Positions 62,043-64,000 of a DNA stretch of 64,000 nucleotides are shown piece by piece (position 1 is the stretch's first letter; every line of letters begins with the position of its first letter). The notes beneath the pieces are model-generated. The model had not been told where the DNA came from, ran no database searches, and worked only from the letters and a program-made list of their open reading frames with translations. Position numbers and translations under genes: made by a program. This stretch comes from Elusimicrobia bacterium RIFOXYA12_FULL_51_18 (lineage in GTDB: Bacteria > Elusimicrobiota > Elusimicrobia > Elusimicrobiales > UBA9959), in NCBI GenBank assembly GCA_001800245.1, contig MGVA01000008.1:2702-66701 (forward strand), written 5' to 3'.

Positions 62043-63023
62043 TTACTTTTTCTCGCCCTGTTTTTGTACTTCGATTTTCTTTTTAAGCAAGTCATGGTCG
62101 CGGCGCAGGGCTTCATAGGTTTCCATGGCCTGTTTTTCCACCTCGCCCTGATTGTTTTTGTTCTGCTCTACTCGTTTCTTGATTTTTTCGGCTTTTATTA
62201 TCAGATCCTTAGTCCCGAAGATGGAAGAGGCAAGATATTTGCAGGAAAATTTCATCAGGGCGATGTCGTCGGTTTTTATTTTCGCCAGGGTCTCCTCGTC
62301 AACTTCATAAGTGGTCAGGAAAGAGCTGTTGAAAACAAAATCCCTGAATTTGTCAAGATCGGTGCTGGCCAGGAAAAACATCTTCTGGGCTGGTTCACTC
62401 AAGGTTGCTTGCAAGCCGAAGGATTTGCGTCGCATGACGATTTCCATCCATTCTCGGTTCATTTCATCTGACTCGTCAATTCCCTGATCCGCTCGCCACT
62501 CGCGGATAGTCTGCTTGTTGTCCTCTTCGTGCCCTTTGCAGTATGGTTCTTTGACGAGGAAATAAAATTCCTCCGCCGCAGTTCCTTCATTTCCTGCCGC
62601 ATGGAAATAAGACATCCCCACAGGATAATAACGGCAGGTTGTTGGCCGATAAGGATAGATGGTGCAACCTTTTTCCGTGACAAAAGGGCAGCGGCCATTT
62701 TCGTCGAGATGAATTTTAACTCCGGGAAGATCTGTCTTTTCAAGATAGACCGGGGTGGTGAAACGAAGGAGAAATTCTTCGGCGGACAGGTTTAGAGGCC
62801 GTCTGATGCGCAGGATATCATAAGGGGTTAGAATAATATTAATATTGCCGCAGCAGTTGGTAAAACAGGCAACTCCTGGGTGGCAACGGAATTTCAGGGT
62901 GCTGTCAGCCGTGAGTTTGGCGGGCATGATATTGCTTGGATTGTTGTCTGGAGCAAACAATGATTTGTTAAAGGAATTGGATGGTGGTGTTTGTTCTGAC
63001 TTGCTCATAATAGCGACCTTCAA
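62043..63023 (-). CDS. YkgJ-family Cys-cluster (CxxCxxCC-type Zn/Fe-chelating) protein with C-terminal coiled-coil extension
   Basis: FRCHPGVACFTNCCGN and CPFVTEKGCTIYPYRPTTCRYYP. Lys/Glu-rich tail. Confidence 0.7.
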   Translation of the reverse strand: MKVAIMSKSEQTPPSNSFNKSLFAPDNNPSNIMPAKLTADSTLKFRCHPGVACFTNCCGNINIILTPYDILRIRRPLNLSAEEFLLRFTTPVYLEKTDLPGVKIHLDENGRCPFVTEKGCTIYPYRPTTCRYYPVGMSYFHAAGNEGTAAEEFYFLVKEPYCKGHEEDNKQTIREWRADQGIDESDEMNREWMEIVMRRKSFGLQATLSEPAQKMFFLASTDLDKFRDFVFNSSFLTTYEVDEETLAKIKTDDIALMKFSCKYLASSIFGTKDLIIKAEKIKKRVEQNKNNQGEVEKQAMETYEALRRDHDLLKKKIEVQKQGEKK

Positions 63024-63319
63024 TAAATGTGTTATTGGGGCAGAAGAAGTGACCGCATTGTTACGGACAGAATTCTAAAAGGCATGACTTGTGGTTTTAA
63101 GGAGAGGAAATTTCTCCACTTATTTATGCTATTTTAATCAGTTGTCTCGACAAGTTGTGATGCGGTACAGGGCGATTTTGGCCACACAGTAACCACGAGA
63201 ATGCTTGGTGTCAAATTCATTTCTGCAGAGAAAAGCTGAGAGTCGGTAAACAAGAGGGGAATGGGGGATAAAGAGGCTGGGATTCAGGCCTGTGGGAGAA
63301 GATATACTAAGTTTTTTTC

Positions 63320-63348
63320 TTGACTTTTATCAGGTGAGAAATTATACA
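63320..63348 (+). promoter_or_regulatory. Candidate sigma70-type promoter for aprB(A): TTGACT-N17-TATACA
   Basis: ttgact at 63320-63325, a 17-nt spacer, tataca at 63343-63348. This would give a ~170-nt 5' UTR before the aprB SD (GAGGAGG) and the ATG at 63527. Confidence 0.35.
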
Positions 63349-63526
63349 CACCAAGTGTTATTGTAAATGAGCGGGTCTTCAGTTTTGTGTAAAGAGAAGA
63401 AAAAATACGTGTAATTGACCGCTTGGATGTGTGGCGGGAGAATAAACAGGTTGTCTTTGATAAGGTTAACGCGAATTTCGTAAGATCGGAGTTCGGAAAA
63501 TTCAATCCAAGTGAGGAGGTTAGTGA

Positions 63527-63955
63527 ATGCCAAGTTACGTAGATCCTTCTAAATGTGACGGCTGCAAGGGTGGTGACAAAACCGCCTGCATGTACATCTG
63601 CCCCAATGACCTGATGGTCTTGAACAAGGAGGAGATGAAGGCTTACAATCAGGAGCCTGATGCATGTTGGGAATGTTATTCTTGCGTCAAAATCTGTCCG
63701 CAGGGCGCTATTGCCGTTCGTGGCTACAATGACTTTGTCCCCATGGGCGGTCAGGTGCATCCGATGCGGAGTTCCGATTCCATCATGTGGACTGTTAAAT
63801 TCCGGAACGGCAACATGAAGCGTTTCAAGTTCCCTATTCGTACCACGGCTGAGGGTGCTGCCAATGCGTATCCCGCACTGAAATGCACAAACCTGGACGA
63901 TGAGTTGCTCTCCACCGAGAAGCAGTTGCCTTCACCGACCATGTTGGCCAAGTAA
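63527..63955 (+). CDS. aprB: Adenylylsulfate (APS) reductase beta subunit
   Basis: MPSYVDPSKCDGCKGGDKTACMYICPNDLM and CWECYSCVKICPQGAI (two ferredoxin-type clusters), plus IMWTVKFRNGNMKRFKFPIRTT. Closely matches the Desulfovibrio-type AprB I remember. aprA is expected just beyond the window. Confidence 0.9.
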   Translation: MPSYVDPSKCDGCKGGDKTACMYICPNDLMVLNKEEMKAYNQEPDACWECYSCVKICPQGAIAVRGYNDFVPMGGQVHPMRSSDSIMWTVKFRNGNMKRFKFPIRTTAEGAANAYPALKCTNLDDELLSTEKQLPSPTMLAK

Positions 63956-64000
63956 GTTTTTTTTTGGATAATTAAATTAACTGATTTCAATACAATTGCT

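Noticed and set aside
61977-62471. Track ORF 61977..62471 (+, 164 aa) in the PilZ/YkgJ convergent region.
   Set aside because: Most of it is antisense to the well-supported YkgJ-family gene 62043..63023. It has a hydrophobic low-complexity translation and no SD.
63284-63990. Minus-strand track ORFs 63284..63760 and 63751..63990 overlapping aprB and its leader.
   Set aside because: They are antisense to the unmistakable aprB gene and its 5' UTR, with no supporting motifs.

Overview
Nt 1-60774 form one very large, almost gap-free surface-glycan biosynthesis locus. It has about 58 CDS, mostly on the minus strand, with plus-strand insets at 28989-30940 and 35679-38281. After it comes a visibly lower-GC segment carrying a PilZ protein, a YkgJ-type Cys-cluster protein and aprB (adenylylsulfate reductase beta). 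aprB suggests a sulfate-reducing or sulfur-oxidising, Desulfobacterota-like host (inference). Recognisable modules: (1) an initiating polyprenyl-P sugar phosphotransferase plus a CapE / RmlD-like reductase / 2-epimerase / WbuB-like set for UDP-2-acetamido-2,6-dideoxy-L-hexose; (2) two tandem Wzy-like/Wzz-like gene pairs, a third Wzy-like paralog and two Wzx flippases; (3) a methylation block with a B12-radical-SAM enzyme and three SAM methyltransferases; (4) a second ulosonic-acid module with a SAF-less NeuB-like synthase, a cytidylyltransferase, a radical SAM/SPASM protein, GmhA and a large orphan transferase; (5) a complete legionaminic-acid-type module (LegB/C/H/G/I/F plus a PtmE-like CBS-nucleotidyltransferase) next to a WbuX/HisH/HisF-like amidotransferase trio; (6) fcl; (7) an unusual operon at 52596-60774. 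That operon combines a reversed-order HldE-like nucleotidyltransferase-kinase fusion, a SIS isomerase, two paralogous radical SAM enzymes, a stand-alone TPP-dependent E1 alpha/beta pair, a DPM1/ArnC-like GT2 and two paralogous small membrane proteins. I regard it as the best candidate for an undescribed sugar-modification system. Non-coding observations: a 279-bp element with perfect 27-bp terminal inverted repeats and two internal ~99-nt hairpins in a divergent promoter region; a family of ~22-nt junction repeats (CATAGGC...GGCACAG), including a 4-unit tandem array and a 20-nt identical inverted copy 45 kb away; C10 and C9 homopolymer tracts. I saw no rRNA, tRNA, CRISPR, transposase or integrase. 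All functional calls rest on motifs read by eye from the ORF track and on remembered family knowledge, not on searches. Several track ORFs are N-terminally over-extended, so I give the start I consider most likely. My hand-derived motif coordinates in 5400-5880 may be off by 1 nt.
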